This document shows positions 29,927 through 39,580 of a stretch of DNA of 53,940 nucleotides, piece by piece; within the stretch, counting starts at the first letter, position 1, and the number at the start of each line of letters is the position of its first letter. The stretch lies in IMG/VR virus record IMGVR_UViG_3300001533_002608, positions 1 through 53,940 of that record, one strand, 5' to 3'. The stretch is from a virus (lineage: Duplodnaviria > Caudoviricetes). The position numbers and the translations under genes were made by a program. The notes beneath the pieces were generated by a model. The model was not told where the DNA came from and did not search any database. It saw only the letters and a list, made by a program, of their open reading frames with translations.

Positions 29927-30847
29927 ATGAATGAAGCAGAAGATTTTTTGACATCATTAGGAGTCACATTTAAAGAAGATGATGATAGCAAAAAACTAGA
30001 AGAGTATGATATATGGATAGGCCGCAACAAAATTGAAGAGTCGGTTTTAGATCCTATCCATAAAACTCTCGCTAAAGATGTTTGGACTGAAGATCAAAAA
30101 TTAAAGAAAAAACATAGAGATTATATGCTAAATACCCTTAACACTTGGCTAGAAAAAATGGATATTGATGAAGAGCCAAAAAATGTTGTGATAATAGGAT
30201 CTATAACTACTTATCAATATTCAAAATATAGTGATATAGATGTGAATGTTGTAATTGATATTTCTGAAGAAAAAAGAAAAGAATTAATTAAATTCTTGCC
30301 TAATGAAACTCCATTGCCAGATACTAATCATCCAGTTAATTATTATTTAGCTGCTGATGCTGGCGAAAATGTTAGTAAAAAAACATCTGCTTATGACGTT
30401 CTAGAGGACAAGTGGATTAGAAAACCTAAAAGTGAAAAAGTTAGTTATCCTTATAGTTATGTAGTAGAAATAGCTAAATTTTTTATGGATGGAATAGATG
30501 ATAGAATATCCGAGTATGAAAGAGATAAAAAAGAATTAGACATGTATAAAGAATATAGAGATAACGAGAATATATCCATATCAGATGAAGAGGCTCAAAA
30601 GGCAATAGAACAAAAAAGCATAGAAATAAAAGCTGATTTGGATGCACTTCATGTAGCAAAGAAGCTAGTTAAGTCTTTTAGAAAAGAAGCATTTGAAAAT
30701 GATTTTGAGCCAGACTTTTTAATAGATATAAAAACTAAGAACAGAGACTTCTCAATAAATAATTTAGTTTACAAAGCAATAGAAAGATTTGGTTATTTAG
30801 ACAAATTAGATAAGTATGATAAAGAAAGAGAGAAGTTTACTCAGTAA
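29927..30847 (+). CDS. Pol-beta superfamily nucleotidyltransferase
   Basis: IIGSITTYQYSKYSDIDV (GS...DxD) and YDVLEDKW motifs. Confidence 0.75.
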   Translation: MNEAEDFLTSLGVTFKEDDDSKKLEEYDIWIGRNKIEESVLDPIHKTLAKDVWTEDQKLKKKHRDYMLNTLNTWLEKMDIDEEPKNVVIIGSITTYQYSKYSDIDVNVVIDISEEKRKELIKFLPNETPLPDTNHPVNYYLAADAGENVSKKTSAYDVLEDKWIRKPKSEKVSYPYSYVVEIAKFFMDGIDDRISEYERDKKELDMYKEYRDNENISISDEEAQKAIEQKSIEIKADLDALHVAKKLVKSFRKEAFENDFEPDFLIDIKTKNRDFSINNLVYKAIERFGYLDKLDKYDKEREKFTQ

Positions 30848-30861
30848 GAAGAGGCAATTAA

Positions 30862-31251
30862 ATGACTTTAAATGAAGTATTTAGACAAATATATGAGCAG
30901 GGATTAGAAAATAAAGATTTAATGAAGTATAATGAAGAAGACATTCAAGACGCTATAACTTCAGATAATCCTTATAGCCAGTTAAAAAAGGTTTTTCCCA
31001 GAGATTTTTTACCAAAAGTATATAGATGGCTTAAAGAAAAATTAAAAAACGTGAAATTAAATAAAGAAGAAATTAATATAGAAGGAGGCGAATTTCGAGC
31101 TAAACTTGATAAGTATTTGCAGAAAGACAAAGGTGAAGATGCACATGAAGATATGGCAGAAATGTTAGTTAGAGAACTAATGAGATCCATAGAAAAGTGG
31201 AATGATTACGAAACTAAACCAAAAGATTTACCAAACGTTGGTTTAAAATAA
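30862..31251 (+). CDS. hypothetical protein
   Basis: GAGG RBS; MTLNEVF...IYEQ. Confidence 0.6.
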   Translation: MTLNEVFRQIYEQGLENKDLMKYNEEDIQDAITSDNPYSQLKKVFPRDFLPKVYRWLKEKLKNVKLNKEEINIEGGEFRAKLDKYLQKDKGEDAHEDMAEMLVRELMRSIEKWNDYETKPKDLPNVGLK

Positions 31252-31263
31252 AAGGGGGAATAT

Positions 31264-31419
31264 ATGCCTAAGAAAAATAATGAAAATAGTGGAAATAAAG
31301 AGTTGGAAAATATGAATAAGGATTATCAAAAATCAACTGGTATGAAAGTTATTCAACAAGGCCAACCACCACAAGGCCAAACTAATTTTGCTATAAATGA
31401 CAAAAACAACAAAAAATAG
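31264..31419 (+). CDS. small hypothetical protein (51 aa)
   Basis: GGGGG RBS; MPKKNNENS...NNKK*. Confidence 0.5.
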   Translation: MPKKNNENSGNKELENMNKDYQKSTGMKVIQQGQPPQGQTNFAINDKNNKK

Positions 31420-31428
31420 AGGAGCTTA

Positions 31429-32298
31429 ATGGACCCAATAACTACAACTAGTAATAGCACTGCTATTTCGCAACTAATAATACAGTTAGTATCAACTGTT
31501 GGAGTTGGGAATTTTGTCGTTATAATGTTTGTAATGATGCTAGTTGCTAATGCGCCGACGATAATAGATAATATTGCCTCTTTTTTTAAAGGTAAAAAAT
31601 ATAATAAAAATATCACTGATTTGTTAGAAAAATCTACTAGAGTAGAGCAATACCTAGAAAGCCTAAAATCAGAGCAAGAGGGTAGTAAAAAAAACATAAA
31701 TATTATTATAAATGAGGTTAAAGCTTTAGTTTCTATTATAGATGTAATGCACTCTTCTTTAGAAAAAGAAAACAACGAAAGAAGAGAAGAGAATATACTA
31801 ATAACAAATAGCTTAGAAAGATTATCTAGTGCACTAGAGGCTATAGAGAGAACTATGAGAAATGTAATTAGTGAAAATGATTCAGCTGAGTTAATATCAC
31901 TAATATTGGGAATTAAAATAAACTTAAGAGAGTCTATATTAAAAAATGTTATAGAGCCTATGATAGATATAATAGAAGAAAATGGAATAGAAAAAAAAGA
32001 TTTAGAGAAAGATTTAAAAAATGACTTATACAGTGAATGGTCCGATTTTATAACTGAGATCAATTTGTTTAATATGCCTGTTAATATGAGTTCATTTTTA
32101 AACGCAAAAGAAAAAGTACTATGGACTGATGGAGGCTTATTTGATGATGTTGTCAAATTAGCCCTGACAGATAGAAATAAATTATCAAAAGCCAGAAAGA
32201 AAACCACTATTGTGAAAAGACTTAATATTGGATTAAGACAATTACACACAGAGATGAACAATATTTTACATCAAGAAAGAAATAACAGCCAATATTAA
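31429..32298 (+). CDS. membrane-anchored coiled-coil protein (holin-like candidate)
   Basis: N-terminal hydrophobic helix followed by coiled coil; GAGGAG RBS. Confidence 0.55.
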   Translation: MDPITTTSNSTAISQLIIQLVSTVGVGNFVVIMFVMMLVANAPTIIDNIASFFKGKKYNKNITDLLEKSTRVEQYLESLKSEQEGSKKNINIIINEVKALVSIIDVMHSSLEKENNERREENILITNSLERLSSALEAIERTMRNVISENDSAELISLILGIKINLRESILKNVIEPMIDIIEENGIEKKDLEKDLKNDLYSEWSDFITEINLFNMPVNMSSFLNAKEKVLWTDGGLFDDVVKLALTDRNKLSKARKKTTIVKRLNIGLRQLHTEMNNILHQERNNSQY

Positions 32299-32319
32299 TA
32301 TAATTTTCGGGAGCGAAAA

Positions 32320-32496
32320 ATGGATAGAGAAAATATGAAAGTTACTGATTATGGCATAAAGGATGAGCTAGCCGAAGAGGCTGAGAGAATACATAATCAC
32401 ATTATGTTTAGATTAAATAAATTATCTAAGTCTATAGACAAAATAGACGCAAATATCAAAGAATATGAAGTTAAAAAAATAAAAGTAGTTCATTAA
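32320..32496 (+). CDS. small hypothetical protein (58 aa)
   Basis: GGGAG RBS; MDRENMKV...KVVH*. Confidence 0.5.
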   Translation: MDRENMKVTDYGIKDELAEEAERIHNHIMFRLNKLSKSIDKIDANIKEYEVKKIKVVH

Positions 32497-32534
32497 TAGC
32501 ATAATTAAAATAAATAATTACATAGGAGAATAAT

Positions 32535-32972
32535 ATGAATTTAACTAAACCAGAAAGAATGTTAGTGTCCCAAATAGTAAATGTAAAACTTGACAACGCA
32601 ACATTGAAAGATCATATAATGTTAGAAGGTGTATATAAAGTAGTTAGGCCCGAGGATATTCGACTTCCAGTGCCTCCTGATTTTGTATCAGAGGAAGATA
32701 AGGAAATATTTGACAAATATGATGGAATGAAGATAGACTCAATAGGAAATGAAGATCATAAGATTAAAATACAAGAGGCTTTTAAAAAGTCAAGAGAAGA
32801 GCAAAATAAATTTTGGGCTAACTCTGGAGAAGATGGGGTAGAGATAAATTTTTCTGATGAACAGAAAAAAGTTATTTTAGATTTCTTTGAGCAGGACAAG
32901 AGGGTGTGGCCCAGAGAGTATCATAAGGCCATTTTGGACTTACATAATAAACTTTCTGGAAAGAGCGAATAA
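32535..32972 (+). CDS. hypothetical protein
   Basis: AGGAG RBS; 145 aa. Confidence 0.65.
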   Translation: MNLTKPERMLVSQIVNVKLDNATLKDHIMLEGVYKVVRPEDIRLPVPPDFVSEEDKEIFDKYDGMKIDSIGNEDHKIKIQEAFKKSREEQNKFWANSGEDGVEINFSDEQKKVILDFFEQDKRVWPREYHKAILDLHNKLSGKSE

Positions 32973-33056
32973 TTAAAGGTAAATCATAGCTATGTAAAGT
33001 AAATGTAAATAATTTTGAGGTCGGTGTCGCTTGCTATGCTCGCTTTATTAAAACTT

Positions 33057-33082
33057 TGCCGGAGTATTACTCCGGCATTTCT
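33057..33082 (+). terminator. hairpin / probable terminator
   Basis: TGCCGGAGTA-T-TACTCCGGCA inverted repeat then TTTCT. Confidence 0.65.
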
Positions 33083-33127
33083 GTGTAAATCTTAAAGATA
33101 ACTATATAAATTACTAGGAGGTAGACT

Positions 33128-33451
33128 ATGTCTAGTAAAAAGAGAGATGTCCCAGGAATTGATACCGATGACATAGAGAAAATAATAAACAGCAATAAAA
33201 GTCAATTATATAATTTTACTAAAATGGCTATAGTTGCTATAGCTATAATAGTGCTTATAATAGGGATACTTGGCTCCATGCATTGGGGAATATTTAGTGA
33301 ATTTGTAATGTCTGATTTTGTCTCGTTCATTGATGCATATAAGGGTATGTTTATAACCCTTACTGGATCAATAGGTATAGGTGGAGCTGTTAAAAACTTT
33401 ACCAAGAAGAAAGAGGATGATGGCAAGAACGTAGCTACAGGAGGCGAATAA
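33128..33451 (+). CDS. two-TM membrane protein (holin candidate)
   Basis: Two hydrophobic segments, charged C-terminus; AGGAGG RBS; AAGATAA at 33095. Confidence 0.55.
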   Translation: MSSKKRDVPGIDTDDIEKIINSNKSQLYNFTKMAIVAIAIIVLIIGILGSMHWGIFSEFVMSDFVSFIDAYKGMFITLTGSIGIGGAVKNFTKKKEDDGKNVATGGE

Positions 33452-33792
33452 TGCCTACTTGGAGAGATTTATATGATAAAGATTATGATATAGAAGCTGA
33501 CTACCAAGACGAAGTGTTCTTTGAAGGTATTGCATACCCAGACAAAGAGAGAAAAAATAGCAAGGGAATAATCGATGGAAATTTTATTGCCCCAGATAAA
33601 AAAGATAAAAGTGAATTAACGTTATCTGAAAATATTAGAGCTGAGTATAAGAATTCGCAATATGTAGCTAGTGGCGTAGAAAAAGCAAATAAGGACATAA
33701 AAGAACTTAATTTTAAAAGTTCTACAGGCAAAAATAATGATAATATGTTATTTGAGTCTAAAAAGTTTAATAAAAGGAATAATGAAATATGA
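33451..33792 (+). CDS. hypothetical protein
   Basis: TAATG overlap, AGGAGG RBS. Confidence 0.6.
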   Translation: MPTWRDLYDKDYDIEADYQDEVFFEGIAYPDKERKNSKGIIDGNFIAPDKKDKSELTLSENIRAEYKNSQYVASGVEKANKDIKELNFKSSTGKNNDNMLFESKKFNKRNNEI

Positions 33793-34025
33793 ACACAATA
33801 TTAGTAGTAGTTGGTGCAATTTTAACATCACTAGCGTTAGGGGGATTTGCTTCTTGGTTTTATTTTATAAAATATAAGAAAAACAAAAAAGAAGAGGAAG
33901 CTAAAGATTCTGTAAAGGACAGCGAAGATGAGGACAAAGACAGAGAAGATGTCAAAAATAATATCAAAGATCAAATAAAAAAGAATAAAGACATAAGAGA
34001 TAAAATCAAGGATTTAATAGGTTAG
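33789..34025 (+). CDS. single-TM protein with charged tail
   Basis: N-terminal hydrophobic helix followed by K/E/D-rich segment. Confidence 0.6.
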   Translation: MNTILVVVGAILTSLALGGFASWFYFIKYKKNKKEEEAKDSVKDSEDEDKDREDVKNNIKDQIKKNKDIRDKIKDLIG

Positions 34026-34029
34026 TATC

Positions 34030-34602
34030 ATGAAAAAAATATTTATAATTTTTATAATGTTACTCATTTCAACATATATATCTTTTTCAGATGAAACTCT
34101 AGATGAGTGTATCAAATCTCTAGATGAGTCTACTGAATTATTAGAGTCTGCTTTTAACAGAATAGAAGAATTAGAAAAAGAAAATAAATCATTAAAAGAA
34201 AAGTTAGATCAAGACTCTGAAAAAGAAATTAAAGAATTAAAGAATAAAATAGAAAAGTTAAAAAGGGAGAAAGAGGATATTGAAGTTTCTTTGACACAAG
34301 CAAGTAAAGCGCTTGAAGAAAGCAATTTAGTCTTAGACAGAGCTTATGGTAGAATTTCAAAAGACCAGAAAGAAATAGAAAGACTAAGGGATAATATACA
34401 TGAATTAATTAACGCCGGAGTAGAAGTTAAAACTCATAATTGGAGTATGTCTATATTAGCGGGGTACCCATATGAAGTTGGCTTTAACATAAATTATAAT
34501 TTACATTGGATGCCCAATTTAGGAATTATAGTTGGCGGTGGTTATGATATAGAACATAACATGCCCAAAGTTAATGCGGGCTTAAGGATAAATTTTGATT
34601 AA
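34030..34602 (+). CDS. exported coiled-coil protein with C-terminal amphipathic beta-strands
   Basis: MKK-hydrophobic signal peptide, ~100-aa coiled coil, four alternating beta-strands ending GLRINFD. Confidence 0.6.
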   Translation: MKKIFIIFIMLLISTYISFSDETLDECIKSLDESTELLESAFNRIEELEKENKSLKEKLDQDSEKEIKELKNKIEKLKREKEDIEVSLTQASKALEESNLVLDRAYGRISKDQKEIERLRDNIHELINAGVEVKTHNWSMSILAGYPYEVGFNINYNLHWMPNLGIIVGGGYDIEHNMPKVNAGLRINFD

Positions 34603-34610
34603 TAAAGAGG

Positions 34611-35099
34611 TTGATAATGTTAGATAAAAAATTAAATAAAGCTCTAGAAGAAGTTCTAGAAGAACCATTAGATGAAATGGCAGCAACGACGATTACTTTT
34701 GATGCTGGCCCTACAGATAGAGCACATCAAAAACACGATAGGAAAAGCCCTGCATATAGTGATATGCCGACATCAGATGAACAACTCGAGCCAGCAGATA
34801 AAGTGATGGTTGCATTAAAGCATCATCTAATAAATGGTGATTATGAAAAAGCAAGAGAGCTTGCTAAAAATAAAGATTTATTTTCCCAACATCATATGAA
34901 CCAATTAATAAATTGGGTAAGAAATTTCGAAAAATATACTAACATGACTGACTTAAGTAAAAACTACTATAACTATGATGACAAGGGTAAAATGGATAAT
35001 GTAGAACAGCTAAAGAGTAAAAAGGTTAAAGAAGAAAGACTAGATAGATTTATGAAAGATGTTGAAAAAGTTTTAGCTAAAAAGCTAGCACCAAAATAA
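34611..35099 (+). CDS. hypothetical protein (ATG at 34617)
   Basis: GAGG RBS; ~160 aa. Confidence 0.6.
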   Translation: MIMLDKKLNKALEEVLEEPLDEMAATTITFDAGPTDRAHQKHDRKSPAYSDMPTSDEQLEPADKVMVALKHHLINGDYEKARELAKNKDLFSQHHMNQLINWVRNFEKYTNMTDLSKNYYNYDDKGKMDNVEQLKSKKVKEERLDRFMKDVEKVLAKKLAPK

Positions 35100-35117
35100 T
35101 AAGTAATAGGAGTTAAT

Positions 35118-35579
35118 ATGTCAAAAGAAGAGAATATCCCCGATCCTTTTAATGTAATTTTTTCGCCTGCATTATATTATCAGATAAAATATAATCATGT
35201 GACTAAAATAAGGGATGAAGACATCCCAACCGAAGAATTAAAAGAATTTGAAAGATTCAAGAGTCTGTTTAAAGATTTTCTTAATAAAGTCAATAAACAG
35301 GAAAAAACAGCAGCTTCTACTCTTTCTATGTTAATGACAATGTGGGGTTATAGTAGAAAATATTGTGGTATGTGTGGAATTCCAATAATAGGAAAGCCAG
35401 ATTATGTAGGGAATAGAATAGTATGCAAAGGTTGTTATGAATCATATAAAATAACAGAAGAGCTATATAAAAGAGAAGAAACTAGAGAAAATAAATTTCC
35501 CAACCAGAATAAGAAAAACAATAAAACTAAAAATAACAACAAAAATGAAGAAGGTTATTGTGAAGAAACCGAGGAATAG
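35118..35579 (+). CDS. hypothetical zinc-finger protein
   Basis: CGMC...CKGC; AGGAG RBS. Confidence 0.6.
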   Translation: MSKEENIPDPFNVIFSPALYYQIKYNHVTKIRDEDIPTEELKEFERFKSLFKDFLNKVNKQEKTAASTLSMLMTMWGYSRKYCGMCGIPIIGKPDYVGNRIVCKGCYESYKITEELYKREETRENKFPNQNKKNNKTKNNNKNEEGYCEETEE

Positions 35580-35676
35580 GCCTCATAGATTTATATATCT
35601 AGGCCATAATCTCACATAGTTGTAGCAAATTCGCATATTTAATATTATTAAAATTTACAGGAGGTATAATGCGTAT

Positions 35677-36327
35677 ATGAAAAATAAAGCAGTACCTTTA
35701 TCTGACGCTATAAATAAATATTTATATGAGCAAGAAGATGCTCCAGCTGAAGATGAAGAATCAGATGAGAACATTCCCAAAGAAAGCAATAAAACAAGTA
35801 AAGAAAAAGAAATAAAAGACCAGGAAATTAGCAGTATAGAAAAATCAGACTTAGAGGATGATGAAGAATTTGAAGAAGGTGATGTAGCGGTATCAGTAAA
35901 ACTAAATAATAATACAAAAACAGCCGGTGAAATTAAATTAATACCCTTTAGCCGATTGAGCACAATGACTAAAATAGAAGATCTAATATCTTTATTTAAT
36001 ATAGAACCTGAAAAAATTAGTGGAGCATTTGAAGACCAATTAGCTATTTCTCTGCAATCGCCAGCCTCTGGTTTTGAGAGTGAAAAGTATATTATAAGAT
36101 TGATGGATGGACTTGGGGAAATAGTGATTGATAGAGATAATTTTCATAAGACTATAAGTAAACAAGGCTCTGGAGTTTCTAATTTAGGACAAGCTACACA
36201 GAAGGAACTAGGTGGCGATGAAGAAGAGGAGCAACAAGTAGATCTTTCCTATCTAGAGATATTAAATTATGAATTTAAGAGATTTATAAAAGATGAGTTC
36301 TTCGCAAGACTCCTCCAAAGAGCCTAA
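35677..36327 (+). CDS. hypothetical acidic protein
   Basis: AGGAGG upstream; 216 aa. Confidence 0.6.
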   Translation: MKNKAVPLSDAINKYLYEQEDAPAEDEESDENIPKESNKTSKEKEIKDQEISSIEKSDLEDDEEFEEGDVAVSVKLNNNTKTAGEIKLIPFSRLSTMTKIEDLISLFNIEPEKISGAFEDQLAISLQSPASGFESEKYIIRLMDGLGEIVIDRDNFHKTISKQGSGVSNLGQATQKELGGDEEEEQQVDLSYLEILNYEFKRFIKDEFFARLLQRA

Positions 36328-37093
36328 GCCAAAAGTTCCGTCTAATTATTATTTTATAGAAGATGAAGTTGCTCCTCAAATTCTTAAGTGGCAAAAATAT
36401 TATGAAAGACAAGTTGAACTTGAAAGATACATAAGTGGGAAAGATGAGTTTGGAGAACAGGTTCATTTAAACGAAAATCAACTAGAATCATTAAAAGATG
36501 AGTTAGAAAAAAATATAAAAGAAGCTTCTCCCACCCTACAAGAAATAATGGTGCAAACAAATAAAGTTATAAAAGGTGTCATATTTAAGGCCGGTTTTCA
36601 TAAACGGGAAAAGTATGATACGTGTATGCAAATAGCAACAGAAGCTTGTTTAAAAGCTCTTAGAAGATTTAATCCTGAACAGGGAACGGCTTTTAATTAT
36701 TTAAGCTTAACTGCAAAAAACTCTGTTAGATATCATTTAATAAAGAAAAGAAAAAAACAATTCTTATCATTAGACTATGAATATATGGATGATGATAACC
36801 TAAAGTTAAAAAACCTAGTTAGAGAAGAAGAAAAGACTTTAAATAATTTAGAAATTGATAATTTATTTGATACTATAATGACTATAATAGAAGAGGAAAA
36901 TGAACAGAAGGGGATGGTCTCAGTTGCTAGGGAATTAAAAGAATACTTATTCTACAGTCAAGGAAAATACGATAAAAAAGATTTTTTTAAATGGGCAAAG
37001 TCTGATGGAATTAGCTCTAACCTACTTAGAAAATTTATTAAATTTTTAAAAGAACACAAGGATAGATTATACACAGAAGTGAGTGTTTTTTAA
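36293..37093 (+). CDS. phage RNA polymerase sigma factor (gp55-like, region 2)
   Basis: D.CMQ.A...CLKALRRFNPEQGTAFNYLS..AKN sigma region-2 signature. Confidence 0.75.
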   Translation: MSSSQDSSKEPKPKVPSNYYFIEDEVAPQILKWQKYYERQVELERYISGKDEFGEQVHLNENQLESLKDELEKNIKEASPTLQEIMVQTNKVIKGVIFKAGFHKREKYDTCMQIATEACLKALRRFNPEQGTAFNYLSLTAKNSVRYHLIKKRKKQFLSLDYEYMDDDNLKLKNLVREEEKTLNNLEIDNLFDTIMTIIEEENEQKGMVSVARELKEYLFYSQGKYDKKDFFKWAKSDGISSNLLRKFIKFLKEHKDRLYTEVSVF

Positions 37094-37129
37094 CAAGATA
37101 ATTAAAACGTTCACATAAGAGGGAAACTA

Positions 37130-37888
37130 ATGAGATTAGATGAGATATTTGAATTAACTGAAGTAAAAGGATCTGGCTCTTTTGACTATAAATATTGGTT
37201 TTGGGCAAAAAAGGGTCCAACATATGGGCTTGGTTATGCAAGACAAGATATAAAAGTGGATATTCAAGATAAGGGTAAACAAGCAGCAGATGCGATTGAC
37301 AATATATCTAATGTGCTAGATACCTTGGATAAAAATGATTTAGATAATTTAGAAGTCGTTGAGACTAAAGTTAAAGCTAATACTAAAAGGATAAAAGGTA
37401 TAGTTGATTTATTTAGATCTCCTATAGTAATTCATTGGCTTAATAATGATCCACCAAAAGTTGTTGAAATTCCAAAAACAAAAGATGGTGATGTAACTGT
37501 TAGCGGAAAACAACTAGATGTAGTTGAGCTATTTGATGATGCTAAAACTAGTGAATTTTTGAAGACTGTTATGGATTGGTCTAAAGTAAAAATAAATGAC
37601 GAAGTGGATACTCTCAACACAGTTACTGCTAAATTTATTAGAGATCTATTTACCAAAGAAGCCAAACAGTCAGAGTTGAGAAAAATAGCAAGAACTGCTG
37701 GTTTAGAAGAAGTTATGACTGATTTACATTTTACTAATTATAATATAGAAGTAAAATCCTTTAACGACTCAGATTATGACCTACTTCCACAAGAACTTTT
37801 AGGCTCTAAGAAAATAGTTAGTAAACTAAAAGAAATTATTGATAATAAATTTGCCGAGGTACTTAAAATAGCAAGAAAAAGAATATAA
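37130..37888 (+). CDS. hypothetical protein
   Basis: AAGATAA at 37095, GAGGG RBS; MRLDEIFELTE. Confidence 0.65.
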   Translation: MRLDEIFELTEVKGSGSFDYKYWFWAKKGPTYGLGYARQDIKVDIQDKGKQAADAIDNISNVLDTLDKNDLDNLEVVETKVKANTKRIKGIVDLFRSPIVIHWLNNDPPKVVEIPKTKDGDVTVSGKQLDVVELFDDAKTSEFLKTVMDWSKVKINDEVDTLNTVTAKFIRDLFTKEAKQSELRKIARTAGLEEVMTDLHFTNYNIEVKSFNDSDYDLLPQELLGSKKIVSKLKEIIDNKFAEVLKIARKRI

Positions 37889-37896
37889 TATTTACT

Positions 37897-38211
37897 TTGG
37901 AGAATAATATGGAAGAAAAGAAAGAGTTTGGTTATACAGCTAAATTACCAAGAGAAGAGGGTAAGAGAAAAAAAATAATAAGTTCTTCTAAACCAAAAAG
38001 AGAGAGTCGTAAAACTAACTTAAAGCCAGTAGATTCTCATGAAAAGAAGTTGCTAGAGAGAACACTAAAGAATGTAAAGTTACCGAGTTCTGCATGGATG
38101 GAAATTAAAAGAGATTTTAGACTGGGAGAAGGAAAAGATACTATATGCAGAAAATATGGTATTAAAAGAAGCTATTATAAACATTTGAAAAAAATAGTTA
38201 TGAATTTATAA
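37897..38211 (+). CDS. hypothetical basic protein with possible C-terminal HTH
   Basis: KDTICRKYGIKRSYY. Confidence 0.5.
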   Translation: MENNMEEKKEFGYTAKLPREEGKRKKIISSSKPKRESRKTNLKPVDSHEKKLLERTLKNVKLPSSAWMEIKRDFRLGEGKDTICRKYGIKRSYYKHLKKIVMNL

Positions 38212-38227
38212 CAATAGAGGCCCGTTA

Positions 38228-38461
38228 ATGAAAATTGAAGGTAGATGTGAAGACATTACACAAGAAGCTTTTATAAAAACTAAATATCAAATAATAAATA
38301 CTAAAATGGGTGATGATTTAGATAGTACTTTATGTTTAGTTAAAGTAGAAGAACCAGGGTTTTTAACAGAAAATGGCTATAATTCAAATAGACCAGAGAA
38401 TTATATTAAAAGTCTAGGAACTATAGAAATTATAACTGCTTCCAAATTAAAATTTATATAA
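38228..38461 (+). CDS. hypothetical protein
   Basis: GAGG RBS; 77 aa. Confidence 0.55.
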   Translation: MKIEGRCEDITQEAFIKTKYQIINTKMGDDLDSTLCLVKVEEPGFLTENGYNSNRPENYIKSLGTIEIITASKLKFI

Positions 38462-38470
38462 GAGGTTATT

Positions 38471-38743
38471 ATGAATACTAAATTATCAGTAAAATTAAAA
38501 TCTGATACAAATTTTGTACCAATAAAATATGATGTTGTAGAAATGTCAGTAGGCACAGCCACTAGTGATACTTACTGTGTACTTATCGTAAATAGCGTGG
38601 GATGGGACACAGAAGAAAATTATGAGCTATGGACAGATAGAAGAGATGCTACAGGAATGGTTGGCAAACTAGGCGATCTATCTATAGAGTCGTTATCAGA
38701 TATAGAAGTATACAACGTTAGGACTCCTAGTAGGGATATGTAA
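38471..38743 (+). CDS. hypothetical protein
   Basis: GAGG RBS; resembles the previous ORF (S..C.L.V...G...E...LG...I). Confidence 0.55.
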   Translation: MNTKLSVKLKSDTNFVPIKYDVVEMSVGTATSDTYCVLIVNSVGWDTEENYELWTDRRDATGMVGKLGDLSIESLSDIEVYNVRTPSRDM

Positions 38744-38745
38744 AT

Positions 38746-39147
38746 ATGAGTGAAGACAACGAGCTACTAGCACCAAAAGATGCTAAAAGAAATCCAATGG
38801 TTACACAGAACGAACTAACAGAGTTAGATACTATAGCTCAAGATGTTGTCAGATATTCCGAAGATGATAGAAGAAAATCAGATGAGTTATTTAAATACTA
38901 TCAAACACTAATTGATAAAGGTGATGGCAAAGGAGAAACAAGAGAGTCTCTGGCTAAAGCTTTAGAACTGAGAGAAAACTCGGTAAATAACTTAGTAGAA
39001 ATTCTAAAACTGAAGACTAGAATAGTAGAGAAAAAGATACAAGCTGAAATGAGAAATACAGACGATAGAGACAACAGGGGTATCAACGGCACCGATACTA
39101 GCGATATAATTAGTAGTATCGATGAGGAGGAACGTTACGGTGAGTAA
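38746..39147 (+). CDS. helical hypothetical protein (terminase small subunit candidate)
   Basis: All-helical/coiled-coil protein upstream of terL; position-based inference only. Confidence 0.35.
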   Translation: MSEDNELLAPKDAKRNPMVTQNELTELDTIAQDVVRYSEDDRRKSDELFKYYQTLIDKGDGKGETRESLAKALELRENSVNNLVEILKLKTRIVEKKIQAEMRNTDDRDNRGINGTDTSDIISSIDEEERYGE

Positions 39148-39577
39148 ATTAAATGAAGTATTAGAGATACTAGATAATGAACTATATGAGCAAGACGAAA
39201 AGACCTTAGAAGCTCCAAATATAGATAGGGGTATTGCTGTAGAAATTGAACAAGATCAACAAACTGCTCAAAAGATTTTACATTATTTTATCATACAAAA
39301 TGGAAAAGCTAAATTTATAAAATCTCAATCTGCTGATAAAAATGCTCCAGAAGTATTTACTAACTTTGCAGGTAAGTATGAAAGTCTATTTTATACTGCT
39401 CTAGAAGCAATATCTAGAAGTGGACAAAATAAAAGGTTTAGTCCCTATAATGTAAATGAATTAGATATAGTTGGCTATTGGAGTAATGGAGATTATAAAA
39501 TAATAGCTACTGGAGATGCTGGCCAATTGCAATTAGAGTTTGACAGCAGGCAAAAGAAGTGGAAAAGCAGGAGTTAA
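39140..39577 (+). CDS. hypothetical protein
   Basis: GAGGAGG RBS before GTG at 39140. Confidence 0.6.
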   Translation: MSKLNEVLEILDNELYEQDEKTLEAPNIDRGIAVEIEQDQQTAQKILHYFIIQNGKAKFIKSQSADKNAPEVFTNFAGKYESLFYTALEAISRSGQNKRFSPYNVNELDIVGYWSNGDYKIIATGDAGQLQLEFDSRQKKWKSRS

Positions 39578-39580
39578 ATT

